Assembly: GCF_016433145.1 (NCBI RefSeq)
Contig: NC_058131.1
Span: 340,511,052 to 340,575,051 of the forward strand
Direction: 5' to 3'
DNA from: Gracilinanus agilis
Taxonomy: Eukaryota
Length of the DNA: 64,000 nucleotides
The notes beneath the pieces were generated by a model. That model saw only the letters and a program-made list of their open reading frames with translations. It did no database searches and was not told the origin of the DNA. Numbering within the stretch: the stretch's first letter is position 1; each line of letters starts with the position of its first letter. The position numbers and the translations under genes are program-made. Of this stretch, positions 50,240-62,934 are shown in pieces.

Positions 50240-50750
50240 TTGTTGTTCATCATTTGTTTTGGAAAACGTCACATGGTGATGTCTAGACTTGCATGTGAAT
50301 TGTATTTTTGTGGCAGTTGTACAGAATTATCAGCCTGGCTCTCTCTTCCAGTGTCAAGACAAAAGTTAGGACAACTGATGATGGTCCAGGACTGCAGTAG
50401 GTGATCCTGACCTCTTCAATGTCTGACTAAGCTCTAAGTCCTCCACAGCACCCACTTCAGCCTTCTTTAAGGCCTGTGCAACAAATTGTTCTTATCTGCC
50501 AGTTCCTCCAGAAGAAGTCCTCATATACTTGGGATAGAATTTCCCCTAACTAACTAATGAGTTTGAGTCCTTAAACTGCTTTTGCCCATCTGCTTTGATG
50601 GTTTTCCTAGGATGTGGCTACTGCGCACACTATGGCTTCTTGGAGCCACAGATGAGAGTTAAATGAAAGGTAGACAACAAAGTTAGATGAGCAGCCCTGA
50701 AAAAAGCCCTCACATCAGAGGTGCTAAACTTCCCTGAATACCCTACACTC
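50240..50750 (-). mobile_element. RTE-related marsupial repeat (WallSI4/MdoRep1-like)
   Basis: (ttg)n end, i.e. an (aac)n tail typical of RTE-mobilised elements; homologous to 26230-26740. Confidence 0.65.
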
Positions 50751-52219
50751 CTCAGTACCATAGGATAGTGAAAAGGAAGAAGAGATTTGGTCCAAGTCTT
50801 CAGGAAATGTATAATTAGTAGCCTAAAATTATCAATAAGTTAGAATAGACTGAAGAGTTTTCTAAAAGTGGAATTGTCTACCTCAATTATCAATGGGTCC
50901 CCTCTTGTTAGAGGCTCCAAGCAGAGACCAGATGGCCAAATTTTAAGTATTTTATAATGGTGGTTTTTGTTCAGATGTGGAATAGACTAGGCAGTCTCTG
51001 AGATCCCTTTCAACATTACAGTTCCATTATTTGTGTCTCTTCTAGCACATGTCCAGTACATAGACAATGGTAGATTGATTAGGAAAGCAGATCTGTGGAG
51101 CAGAAAGAATTCTAGACTTGAAATCAGGAAGACTATGTGATCACTTAGCCTGAAATTCTGTTTCCTGTTCTGCAAAACGGGAGATATAAATGCCTATAAT
51201 ACCTGCTTCACCAGGTTATTGGGCACCTCAAATGAGGAAATGAATATGAAAGACTGTTTTGGATACTTTACAACTCTGGATAAATGACACATATTATTAT
51301 TATTATTTTAATATGTAGTAGTTGCATAATGAACTAACTCAAGAAACAGGTAACTTAAGAGTTGTCTCTAATCTAGGAATCAAGTTCTCCCATGAAATCT
51401 CCCTTTTCGACCCATTGCTGACAGAATAGGTGAAGGGAACTTTCTCATCATAATCTCATAGGGATTAGAGTGGAAGGAGACCTTCAAATTCTTATAGACT
51501 AACTTCATTTTATAGGGGAAGAAACTGAACTTCAAAGAAGGGGAATGACTTATACAATATAACAAATAATAGATTTCAAGTCATGTCTTCCAACTTCAAA
51601 TTCAACCTTCTTTCCAATATGCCATTTAAAAAAAATCATTTTGTTTTTTTTTAAAAGAAAAGGAATCATCTACTGCTCCTAGAGTATTAGCCCAGGAAGT
51701 GGGGGAATGTCCTAAGTTAAGTGAGATGTAACCCTTACCTTCCTGGAATAAGGGGACCATGGATGTCCTTATATCCTGTGTGATATTTTTTCATGTCGTT
51801 AGTTGGTAAAAACTAATTAAGCACCTACTATATGCTAGATATTGTACTAAGTGCTAGATACAAAGAAAGGATAAGAAGAAAGCTCTTAAGGAACTCATAG
51901 TCTAATGAGGAGAGACAACATGTAAGTAAAATTGTAAATGAGCTAGGATAAATTGAATGATTGATAGAGGAAAGTCACTGTCTGAAACATCTCCCTTTTT
52001 CTATCCAGAGTTCTTCATATTGGTTTTTAATGGCTTCAGGGAACTTGATGACCAGTGGCATCTTTGAGGAGGGAAAAAGCAGAAGTGGGTCAATTTGGAC
52101 AAAAAAAGGAGGAGAGGGAAGCATGGTAAGAGTACAAAGTTGTGAATTAGATGAAATAATAATAAAATTGTATGGATTTAGAACTTATTAAGTTGTCAGA
52201 TTCACAGAGTACTAATTAA

Positions 52220-53110
52220 TTGGTCAATGTCAGCTTGGAAGGAGACCTCCAGTGCTTCACGATTCTGGACTCAGTACTATGCTATTTACTATAGAAACTT
52301 GAAAAAAAAGCATAAATGGCATGCTCTTCAAAATCTGCAGAAGACAACAAGCTAGGAAGGATAATGAGTAAACTGGTTGACAGCCAAAATTCTGAGACTA
52401 GATAGACAAAAACACTTGGCTGGAATTTGATAGAAATAAATATAGTTATATTTGGACTTTAAAATCAACATTAGGAGTTTAAAATAGAGGAAGAGGTATC
52501 ATTTTCAGCTTTTCTTTTAAAAAGATCTTGAAGAGTTTATATGTCACAAACTAATATGAGTTATAAGTGTGATGAGGCAACCAGAAAAGCTAATGCACTT
52601 TTGAGCTTGTCTTCCAGGAATAAAGGGATGCTCGTCCCTCTATACTCTGCCCTGATCAGATCACTTTTTATGGACTAAGTATATAGTTCAGGAAAGACAT
52701 TTGTAATTGAAGATTATCCAGAGAAGGTCACTTGGAATAATAAAGGATCTTTCCTGAGTTCATGTCATATAAAGATACGTTGAAGGACCTGGAATGATTA
52801 CCTTGGAGAAGAGAAGACTGGCAAAGGCTGGGGAAAAGTGGTTGATATGATAGCTGTGTGCATGTCCTGATATTCTGATATTCTGTGGAAGAAGGATTAG
52901 ATTTGCTCTGTTTGGTCCTAGAAGGAAGAATAAGGAGAAATGGGTAGAAATGGAATGTGAAGTCTTTGGAAGTGGTAAGCTCTTCCTAATTGGATGTCTT
53001 CAATCAGAGACAGAGAGACTATATGACTACTTTTCATGTATATGATAGCTGGAGTTACTTTTAGATTATTGGTTGAACTAGATGGCTAATGAATTTCCTT
53101 TGATCTGCAC
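52220..53110 (+). mobile_element. L3/CR1 LINE 3' fragment
   Basis: CR1 RT remnants (aaaatctgcagaagacaacaagctaggaagg; gtgtgatgaggcaaccagaaaagctaatgc; ctctatactctgccctgatcaga; ccttggagaagagaagact). Confidence 0.8.
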
Positions 53111-54564
53111 TTCTGTAAATTCTAGAATTGAGACTAAGATATATAAGACCAAGAGATCAAAAACCAATGACATATAAAGAATCAGGACAGATCTAGGGAC
53201 AGAGCTTAGGGAATAATTCAGCTGACAAAGAAAGAAATGAAGGAATGTGGACCCAAAGGGTCAGAAATATTGACTAGAAATTAAAAAAAAGTCTTATCTA
53301 CTTTTCAGTATAGCCAAACCCTTGACCTCCCAAAAGAATGACAGACTAAGTTTGTAAAACCTTACCTTCCTAATGACTTTCTACAATTACCACAATATTT
53401 GCCCCCAAAAGAAAAAGGTTTTATTTTATATTTTCCTTCCCTTTCTCCTGGGACCTGAGATTAGAACTAATGGAGTTCCTTACTTCTCCAGTCCAAGGAA
53501 CTCTCTGAACCAAGTAGCAGCCAAATCATTAGGAACAAGAAACCAAAGGGCATTTCTGCAATAGGCCTTTTGCTCATTGCCACACTTTTCATGATTTGAG
53601 GGGAGCAGATTAGAGGAGAAAGGGTAGAGGAGAAACCGAAGAGAACACATTATCATATTTTTAGAGGACCAGAACCATTCTGTTTTCACTCATGTTTGAG
53701 AGCTGTCTCCCTGATTCCTCACTGCCCCTCTCTTTTCCCTGTCCCTGAAGCATTTTTGGCTGCACTTGCCTGGGTAGGTACATCTTATCAGCTGCCCAAA
53801 GAAGACCAGGGCTCTGGAAGCTGTCTGGCCAGGCATATGAAAAAAGAGAGACAGAGGAAGGGAGAAGGCGGGCCTGGCAGGTTGCAGCTCTGTCCGTAGT
53901 CAACGATTAGCTGAGAGGAAATCACTGCCAGTTCTTGAAAAATCCCAGGGCTTCCCTTGGAGAGGGGCCAGGCATATGTGCTTTAATAGCCCAAATTTCT
54001 TATTTACATCAGTCAGGTCCAGAATGAATTATTTGGACAAAGGTGGATCTCAGAAAGTCCAGAAGTGCCACTCTCCTTGAATACAGGTGCTCCTCCAAAA
54101 TGGACCTAATTCTATCCTCTGTTCATTCAGGACCCCAGCTGCTCTGGGGAAAAGTCACAGATAGTAATGCTTCTCTGGCTCAGAAACTGCTCTACAAATA
54201 TTCCCTTCCCAATACTTCCTTTAATATGGGAGGGAGTGAATTACTTCCTTTAAAAAAATCTCTCAAATTTTCCTCTTGCCCTTCCATACCCATTAGAAGT
54301 CTCTTAGGCTAGGCCCTCCTCACTTGGTTCCTGAATACTATTGCCAAATGACTCTTTCTCAACCGTCACTTATATCATGTAACCTCAGGTAAGGCCCATG
54401 CCCTAATTTTCTTCCTCTACAGAATATGGAACATTGACTTGGATGATCTCTAAGTTTCCTTCTGGCTCTTTGATTATAATGTTCCATAATTTATGACTTT
54501 TGTCATACCCTACTTTATAATGACTTCCTTTTTTCTACCATAAAGAGAGAAAAAACATTTATTA

Positions 54565-56160
54565 AGTGCCATGCCTAAGCTGTCTTCTCACCCTATAAGT
54601 TACTCCATCATTTGTGGCCTTTTCATTCTTTAAATTTTTTTTCTTTTGACATATAAGTTTTCCAAGGTAACATGATTCATGTTGTTTCTCTCTCCTCTTC
54701 TTCCCTCCTCCCGGAGTTGACAAGCAATTCCATTGTGATAATCCACATGTATTATAAATCAAAACCCATTTTCATTTTGTTCATTTTTGTAATAGAGTGA
54801 TCTTTCAAAACCAAAACCCCAAATTGTACACCCAAATAGACAAATGATAAATCATCTATTTTCTTCTGGATTTCTACTCCAACGGTTCTTTCCCTGGAAG
54901 TGGATGGGATTCTTTTCATAAATCCTTCTGAATTGTCCTGGATCATTGTATTGTTGTTAGTAGCAAAGTCTATTACATTTGATTTTCCCACAATGTTTTA
55001 ATTACTGTGTACAATGTTCTCCTGGTTCTGTTTATTTCTTTCTCCATCAGTTCATGTAGATCTTTTCAGTTCTTTAGGAAATCATCCAGTTCATCATTCC
55101 TTATAGCAAAATAGTATTCCATCACTATCATAGATGACAATTTGTTCAGCCATTCCCCAATTGCAGGATATCCCCCCTAGTTTCCAACTTTTTCCCACCA
55201 CAAAAAATGCACCTAAAGATTTTTGTATAAACAGGTCCATCCCCAACTTTTTTTAATCTCTTCAGGATACAGACTAGTGGTATAGCTAGATCAAAAGGCA
55301 TGTATTCTTTTAAAACTCTTTGGACATAATTCCAAATTGCCTTCCAGAATGGTTGGATCAATTCACAACTCTACCAGCGATGCATTGGTATCCTAATTTT
55401 GCCACATCCCCTCCAATATTTATTATTTTTCTTAACTGTCAATCTGCTAGGTATCCCAGAGTTGTTTTAATTTGCATTTCTCTAATGAGGAGGTATTTAA
55501 AACATTTTCCATATAATTATTGATAGCTTTGAAATGCAAATTAAAACAACTCTGGGATACCTAGCAGTAATATACCCATTTTCAACTTTTCTTGATATAA
55601 GGTATGAGATATTAGTCTAAACCTAATTTTTGCCATATGGTTTTCCACTTTTCCCAGTAGTTTTTGTCAAATAGTGAGTTTTTATCCTAAAAGCTGGGAT
55701 CTTTGGGTTTATCAAATGTAAAATTTTGAAAGCTAACAACTGTTTCCTCTGCTGATGGCTTTCAGGACTCAGTACTCTGAGCTACTTTGTGCTGGGGCTA
55801 GGACTTCACCTTAGTGCAGTCCTGAAAGAGCCAAGTACAATGGTCTTCTGGGTCTCACTAGGGGTTGGTGCCAGGGCTTGGGAATTCAAGGAATATGTGT
55901 GTTGGGTGCTCTGTCATTGGTATAGGCAGGGTGCCAGGATCCCAAAGTTGGCCTATGCCTAGACTCAGCACCTGGTGCAGCAGGTGGGGGGTTGGTCAGC
56001 CAGCACTCCTCTGTGTGCAGTTTTACTTCTGGTTCCCTCTTTTCCCATTATAATCAAGTCTCTCTCCCTACCTTTCAAGTTGTTTTCCAAAGAAGAGCCC
56101 ACTCTCCTTCTTTTTGTTGGTTTTTGACTATTGTTATTTTGAGATACTTTTTGAAGGTTG
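54565..56160 (-). mobile_element. Rearranged old L1 relic: 3'UTR/ORF2 end (54565-55730) followed by a 5'UTR-like part (55730-56160)
   Basis: Reverse L1 3' motifs (cagttcatgtagatctttt; tgttcagccattccccaattg; ccaaattgccttccagaatggttgg) with internal deletions. Confidence 0.75.
55444..55567. repeat. Perfect 37-bp inverted repeat with a 50-nt loop
   Basis: ctgctaggtatcccagagttgttttaatttgcatttc (55444-55480) is the exact reverse complement of gaaatgcaaattaaaacaactctgggatacctagcag (55531-55567). Confidence 0.97.
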
Positions 56161-56168
56161 GTTTAGAA

Positions 56169-56372
56169 CAGTGATGGGCAAACTATGGCCCACAGGCCAG
56201 ATGCAGCCCCCTGAAATGTTCTATCTGGTCTCATGACATTATTTCTAATCTGATGAATACAAGGAGTAGGATACAATACAATGAAACTTTGAAAGAGTTG
56301 CCTTAGAAACAGACTGACAGATGAGCATTTCCTTTCCTTTGGCCCCCTCTTTAAAAAGTTTGCCCATCACTG
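56169..56372. mobile_element. hAT (Charlie-group) MITE, 204 bp
   Basis: Perfect 15-bp TIRs cagtgatgggcaaac / gtttgcccatcactg; perfect 8-bp TSD gtttagaa (56161-56168 / 56373-56380). Confidence 0.95.
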
Positions 56373-56589
56373 GTTTAGAAGGATTCTCAGAGTGGTTTCC
56401 ACTTTTACTGCCTCTAAGCCATCATCTTAGGTCTGCTTCTGATTTTCCCTATATACCACATTCTATCTTCTACCAATAGGCCTTTGTACTGGGTATCCCC
56501 AAGTCCTGGAAAACTCTTACTTCTTACATCTATCTCTTGGCATCCTTAACCAAGGTTCAACTGAAATGCAACCTTCTACTGAAGCCTTT

Positions 56590-56865
56590 AAGGGTTGCTA
56601 GATGTCTAGAACACTGTGTTCTAGACAGTGTATAGAACACTGGACCTGGTGGCAGGAAGACTCTTCCTCCTGAGTTCAAATCTGGTTTCAGATACTAGCC
56701 ACATGATCTTGGGCAAATCACTTAATCTCTGTTTGCCTCAGTTTATTTATATTCAAGTTGAGCTAGAGAAGGAAATAGCAAACCACTCCAGTATCTTTTC
56801 CAAGAAAACTCTAAACAATGGCATGAAGAGTCAGACGCTACTGAAATGACCAACTGAACAACAAA
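56590..56865 (+). mobile_element. MAR1-like SINE
   Basis: CORE and agaaggaaatagcaaaccactccagtatctttt tail. Confidence 0.8.
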
Positions 56866-59800
56866 AATTGAAGCCTTTCCTGCTTCCTTCCCTACCTACC
56901 TTCTCAGTTATAAGAGCTATCCCCCTAGTCACCAGAAATTATTTTTTCTTCATTTTGTTTGTATTTTCTGTTGATTTATAGAATGAATATAATCTAGATG
57001 TCTTCAAAATTTCTCTTGGGTTGAATGTCCAATCCTTGAGAGTAAGTACTGCTTCCTTTCTGTCTTTGTGTCCCCAGTGTCTAAGACATGGCCTCATATG
57101 TATTAAATTCCTAATAAATACTTGTAGGCCCTAATTAAATCTGATATTTCAATCTAGTTTTCACCAAAGAGCTAAATGACAGTGAAAAAGAAAGAGGTGA
57201 GAAAACCCAAACAAACAAAAGTTAATTCCCCCAGGGGTAGGTATTTCCATTTATGGCTTCAGACAAAACAAAACAAAGAGAAAAAAAGGGCCTTTCTTGT
57301 TTACTACAAAAGAAACTCATACAAATTTCTTTCTTGCCTGCCCCCTATAACTGAGGAAATGCTTGGAACAATTACTATGTCTCTGCCTATAGATTTGGAG
57401 TCCACTTCTACATAAAGGTCAATCCAGGAACCTGTTATGTCTCAAAGGCCATTCTTTTTCCAAAAGATATCATAACAGTGTTCTTAGGGACAAAGTACAG
57501 TAGTTCTCTGTGGGCACAACAGTTTGATTGATGAGTTAAAGAAAAAGAAGGTAAAGCCTGCTAGCTGTTACCCCATTCCCAATTTCCTTATATCTCAGTT
57601 TTCCACTATTACAAGATACTGTCTCTTTTTTATCCTTTTAATACCTCTAGGTAGGTGTTTGAGTCCCTATAGTGATGGACATAGCCCCAGGCTATCACTA
57701 CCACGCCATAACATGGAATGGTCTCTTACAATAGTGCTTACCTTCTTGGACTTTTCTCTTAATTAGACTTTTATGGATAGTTCTCTCATTTCTTTTCTTG
57801 GTATTTTAATCATTTTTCTGTCTAGGCTATCTTTTTCTCCCCAGCCCCCATTTTAAAGGTGGGTAATGATGACAACTACAAGGCAGCAGTAACCTATGTT
57901 TATGCCCATGTAACAGCATCTTCCCTTAGAGTGGAGAACCTGACTACTAGGAAATTCCTTTTTTTTTTTTTAATAACATCTATCTCTATGAGCACCAATA
58001 GCTCTCCAAATAGCAAGAGTAATTGAAGTTTTCTTGCACTCTGACCTTAATTACCAGTTTCAGAGGCTGCAATAATCCTTTGCTTATTGCTAAATGGGTA
58101 ATGTGTAGAATCTGGATGGCTTCCAAAGGATCATAAGATTTAGAACTTGAAGGAACCTTAATATAAACCCTTTCACTTTTCAGGAGATGACATTGAGTCC
58201 CAAGAGAGACAGTAACAAGACAGGAAGTATCAAATCTGGCATTGGGAGAGTCAGCTCATGCGATTAAAATACCTAAGGTCAATACTAGAGCTGGAAGGTA
58301 TCTCAGAAGTCCTCTACTATAATGCCCTCATTGACCCAAGAATGCTAAGTGATTTCATATAGGTAATAAACATGAGGCAGAATCTGAACCCAGATCCTCT
58401 GATTTGAGAGTGATTGTTCTTTCTACTGTATAATTTTCCCTAACCACAAACTCCTTTATCCAGAGGAGTTACTTTATAAGCCTAAGGCTATTATAGCCTA
58501 TTCAGTGAAAAAGAGACCAGCCCTGTCCTGAGTTTTCTCATGATTGCGGTGAATTGGTTGTTACTTCCTTTGGAACTGGTTATGGGGTGTAAGGAAAGAG
58601 AATGGATAATGGGGAAGAGAACGATTCTTTTTTTGGACAAATTTTTATTTATCTATTTTGTTTTTATGTCATCTAAAATTTCCAATTTATCTTTCCCTGT
58701 TTCCTTTCCCAGAAAGCAATCCTTTATAATAAGGAATTAAAAAGAGATGGGGAAAAAATATCAAAACTAATCAACATGTTGAAAAAGTCTGATGTTGTAT
58801 GCAAAATACCTCACACATAATCCTTCACCTCTGCAAATAAAGGGGTGAAGTGACTGAAAAGAATGATTTTTATATATTATAAATTTAAAGCTTTCCTGGA
58901 TCTTTCCCTACTTATCCTATCAGTTATGAGCACTAACATATCTCACTATTGACTCATACCAAGTTGCAGTTCATTAAAATCCCCAGGTCCCTCTCACAGA
59001 AGTGGTTTTCTAGCGGTTTTTCTCCAATATTATACCTTCACTATATTTTTTTCGACCCTAAAGGCAAGACTTGAAATTTAATAGGGCTAACTCATAGAAT
59101 CATTGATCTCCAATTGGAAGACATCTCAAAAGCTCTGATACTCAGGATCACAGACCTGAGGCTAGACAAGACCTTGGACCCTATAGAATTCAAACATTTC
59201 ATTTTAAAGATGAGGAAACTGAGGCCCAGGAAAGTAAGGTGACTTGTCTAAGGTCAAACAGATAGCAGAGTTCAAAGATGAAATTTGAATACAGATTCTC
59301 TGTCTAGAGTTTTACCTATTGTATTGTGCTGCTGAAACTTTCTGATGTCTGGGATTATTTTTGTTCTAATGCCTAAAATAGTACTTGGCACTTAATAAAC
59401 TTATGATAAATGCTTATTGAATGAACACGTGTTTTTGAATGAGTGAATGAATGAATCAAGTCTCAGTCTCTGATCCTCCCAAAGTAAGTCTAGCATCTCC
59501 TAATTCTCCATCTCCATAGGGGCAGTGAAGGCCCCAAGTCTGCTATCTTACAAATCCTTGTCCAAAAGGGTAAGTACTATACACCATTCGTTGATTTTTA
59601 ATAGTGTGAGGGCCTGAAAATGCCACTTCTATATTTTATTTATTTATTTGTTTATTTTAAAAGCCCAAATTCAACTCCACTAAGCAAATCAATGCAATGA
59701 TAAGGCTGAAATTTACAAAAAAACCTACCAATAGGAAGCCCCCCACATGGTGCATTAGGAGGCTAGTTAAGAGCAGAATGTGGTATAAATCTCAGCCTTA

Positions 59801-60599
59801 TAGGTGTGCTGAAAAAGTTAATAGCTTCCAAAGAGCTGGAATCAATACTAGAATAGATGTGCTGACTTACACACTGCACATAATTTACATTTCAAATAAG
59901 CCCCTCCTTGTGAGCTGCCCCATGCCTTGAATTCTGTGATTTCTGTTGATTGAACCACATTCCCCCTGTTACCCACTCCCCTCCTGACTGGGAATTTGCA
60001 CCACTTTCAATCATAAAGCTTGATGCTTGTCACAAAAGGCTGGATTGTGCAAGACTAACATCAAGAGTGAAGCAGAATAGGAAAAAAACAAACAAAAAAC
60101 ACTTGTTACAGAATCAGACTGCTATTTCCTTCCTGAGTGACTTTGGGCAGGTTATTTAAACTTTCTGGGACCAGCATCTTCATTTATAAAATAATGGTAA
60201 TGACCTCTGATGATGATGCCTTAGTAAGTGCCTAATAAATTCTTGTTGATAAATTGATTAATTGGCTAACTGAATTTCCCACTGTAGGAGAAAACAGAGA
60301 CACAGAAGTAAACAGATAATTGGGATATTCAAAGCAAGACCATGAATGGGTATAGTCAGGCAGTTAATTTCAATATAATAAACCTTTATCAAGCACATAC
60401 CATATTATAAATGGGAGGCAAACTACTGTAATGTCTCTAGAGATCTGGCCTGGGAGTCCAGAAGATTTGAGTTCAAGTTCCATGCATACTAGCTCTGTCA
60501 CTACGGTCAAAGCCCTAAAACTCTAAGGACTCCAATTAGTTTTCTAAAATTGTAAATCATAGATCAGTTGCCTATCTACATCTGTGAAGGGAGTTTTGG

Positions 60600-60960
60600 T
60601 ACCAGGAATTCCCCACAGCAATGGCTTGAATACAAAGCTATTGTATGATTCCCCACACAAGTGAGGGATAATTGACAGGAAGCTGTGTCACAGGTAAACA
60701 AGTCCAAAGTCCAATCATTGGAACAGAGTGCAAAGTCAAAATAGGAATAGCAATGGCTGGACTCTGGATGTTCAGCTGGCGAGCTATGGGCCAAAAGCAT
60801 GCTATTTCTCCTCTTATGGCATAGTTCAAGGCAGAGCTTGTGGCTGTTGGACCTGAGGATAATGGACCTGAGGATAATGGGGGACAATTCCATAAGTCGT
60901 TCTGAGTGTTCCAGTTACTCTGGGGCCAAAGGTAGAAGCCTGATCTATAGGGCCAAAACG
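60600..60960. promoter_or_regulatory. Candidate hepatic/inflammatory enhancer (NF-kB, FOXA, multiple HNF4-type DR1 motifs)
   Basis: GGAATTCCCC 60605-60614; GTAAACA 60694-60700 abutting AGTCCAAAGTCCA 60701-60713; GAGTGCAAAGTCA 60726-60738; GGGCCAAAGGTA 60923-60934. Motif evidence only. Confidence 0.45.
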
Positions 60961-62269
60961 TCATAGGAGCTCAGGATTTGGAACTGGAATGAACCAGTTG
61001 ATGGGTTGATTTTATTGCAAGTATTCCTCTTGTTTTAACATTGGAGAAATGCATACATCCTCTCAAAGGAACTTTAGCCCTGAATATTGGGAAAATCTGG
61101 AAGGCTTCCTTTAATGTAATTAGTGCTGTTCTCTTGTTGACTCTATACAAGGAAATGAAAGACTTTGGGTTGTTATCCACAAGAATCAGATTTTACCTCC
61201 CTAGCACTTAGCACTGTACCTGGCACAACATATATGCTCAATAAATATTATTGACTGACAAGGCTTTGAAGCTCCAATCTTGAGTGAGTAAATTTTAGTC
61301 GCCTTTAAATAATGATGATTAAGTCAGATAAGGCTAAGCATAAGAGTTGATATTCTAATGGGCAAAGTGTGAGAGAAAGTATGATAGAGTGGAAAGAGAC
61401 TTGGATTTGGAGTCAAAAGTTCCAAAAGACCTAGGCTTCAGTTACCATTCTGCCACACATTAATTGTATGACCTTTGGACAAGTCCATTCCACTCTTTGA
61501 GTCTTAGTTTCCTTCGTTTACATTAATTCATCTCAAATAATCATACATTCTGTTTTAATTTAGTTCCCAACTCAAACACTTTATATTAGGTTTCCTAAAG
61601 TCTTTTTCAGACCTGAGAGTTTCTATTGTGAGACCCCTCTTAGCTCTGTCATTCTGTGCTCTAAATCCCCTTTCATTTCTGACATTCTTTGTTTTAAGAT
61701 CTCTCAGCTTTGAGAATCTGTGGTTCTGGATTTTATAGTTTTCCAAGAAGGCTCTTACAGCCACAATATCTTTATACAATAAACAAATTCTTAATGGCAT
61801 TATTTCAGAACTAGCACTAAGTCAGGAAAGGAGAGGTTTGGAGCACAAGACAACCTTTCTAAAGGTGTTTAAATAGAGTCCTAGGAGCTCTATTCTACCT
61901 ATAGACGGGAGAAACACCCTCCTTCATGTTCTACAAATAGTTGGCATTGTAACTTAAAGGTTCACAGCATCTAAAGGTTTAAGAAGTTTTTTGTTTTGTG
62001 GGGAAGGAAATAAGCCCAGAGAGGGGAAGCGAATTAGCCTTGGCACATCTCTAATAAAGTGACTGCCTGTGTGAATAACAATCCTTATTTTCCTTTTTCT
62101 CTCCTCATCTTCCCATCTTCCTTTCTAGCATCCTATTCTAAGTTTGTGCTCTAGTCGCAATGACCAGATCCTTGGCTTATCCCCACAATTTCCCCTAGCC
62201 TACAGGATTTACTTGCACTGAGGCAAAGGTATGGAGAAGTAAAACATACTGTGGTACAATGGAAATGGG

Positions 62270-62450
62270 ACAGCAAGGTGGCACCAGAGTGCCAGAGCCT
62301 AGAATTAGGAAGACTCACCTTCCTGAGTTCATATCTGGCCTGAGACGCTACCATGTTTGCATTGATGTTATCTGCGAAATGAACTGGAGGAGGAAATGGC
62401 AAATCACTCCAGTATTTTTGCCAAGAAAACCCTAAATAGGTTTTCAAAGA
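62270..62450 (+). mobile_element. MAR1-like SINE (internally deleted)
   Basis: Head gggacagcaaggtggcacc and tail ggaggaggaaatggcaaatcactccagtatttttgccaagaaaacc. Confidence 0.75.
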
Positions 62451-62727
62451 GTCATGTGTAATTAGAATTTTCTCCCCAGAACTCTTTTTCCCAGCTTTTA
62501 ATTTTTGTTCTCACTATTGAACTCACGGGAAGAAGGCAAAGAGATTCATATGAGGAGAAACATTGCAGATACCACTTTGGCAACCTGTAAGCCAGTGAGA
62601 CAGAGAACTTACCCATCAAACAATAAGCCTTTACTATACCTTTATTATGTGTTAGGCATTAGCTAAATGTTGGAGATACAAAAAGGATGGAAATAATCCC
62701 TGCCTGCAAGAAGCTAATATTCTCTTC

Positions 62728-62925
62728 TTTAAAACTTTTATCTTTCATCTTAGTATCAATACTGTGTATTGATTTCAAGGCAGAAGAGAGTTAAGGGCTA
62801 GACTGTGGGGGGTTAATTGACTTGTCCAGGGTCATACAGCTAAGAAATATCCGAGGCCAGATTTGAACCCAGGACATCCCATCTTTAGGCCTTGTTCTCT
62901 ATCTACTGAGCCACCCACCTGCCCT
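62728..62925 (-). mobile_element. SINE1_Mdo-like SINE
   Basis: Reverse SINE1 body ending ctactgagccacccacctgccct. Confidence 0.85.
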
Positions 62926-62934
62926 AACCTGCAT

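Noticed and set aside
60576-60964. Two overlapping ~105-aa minus-strand ORFs
   Set aside because: No recognisable protein; the region is better explained as regulatory DNA.
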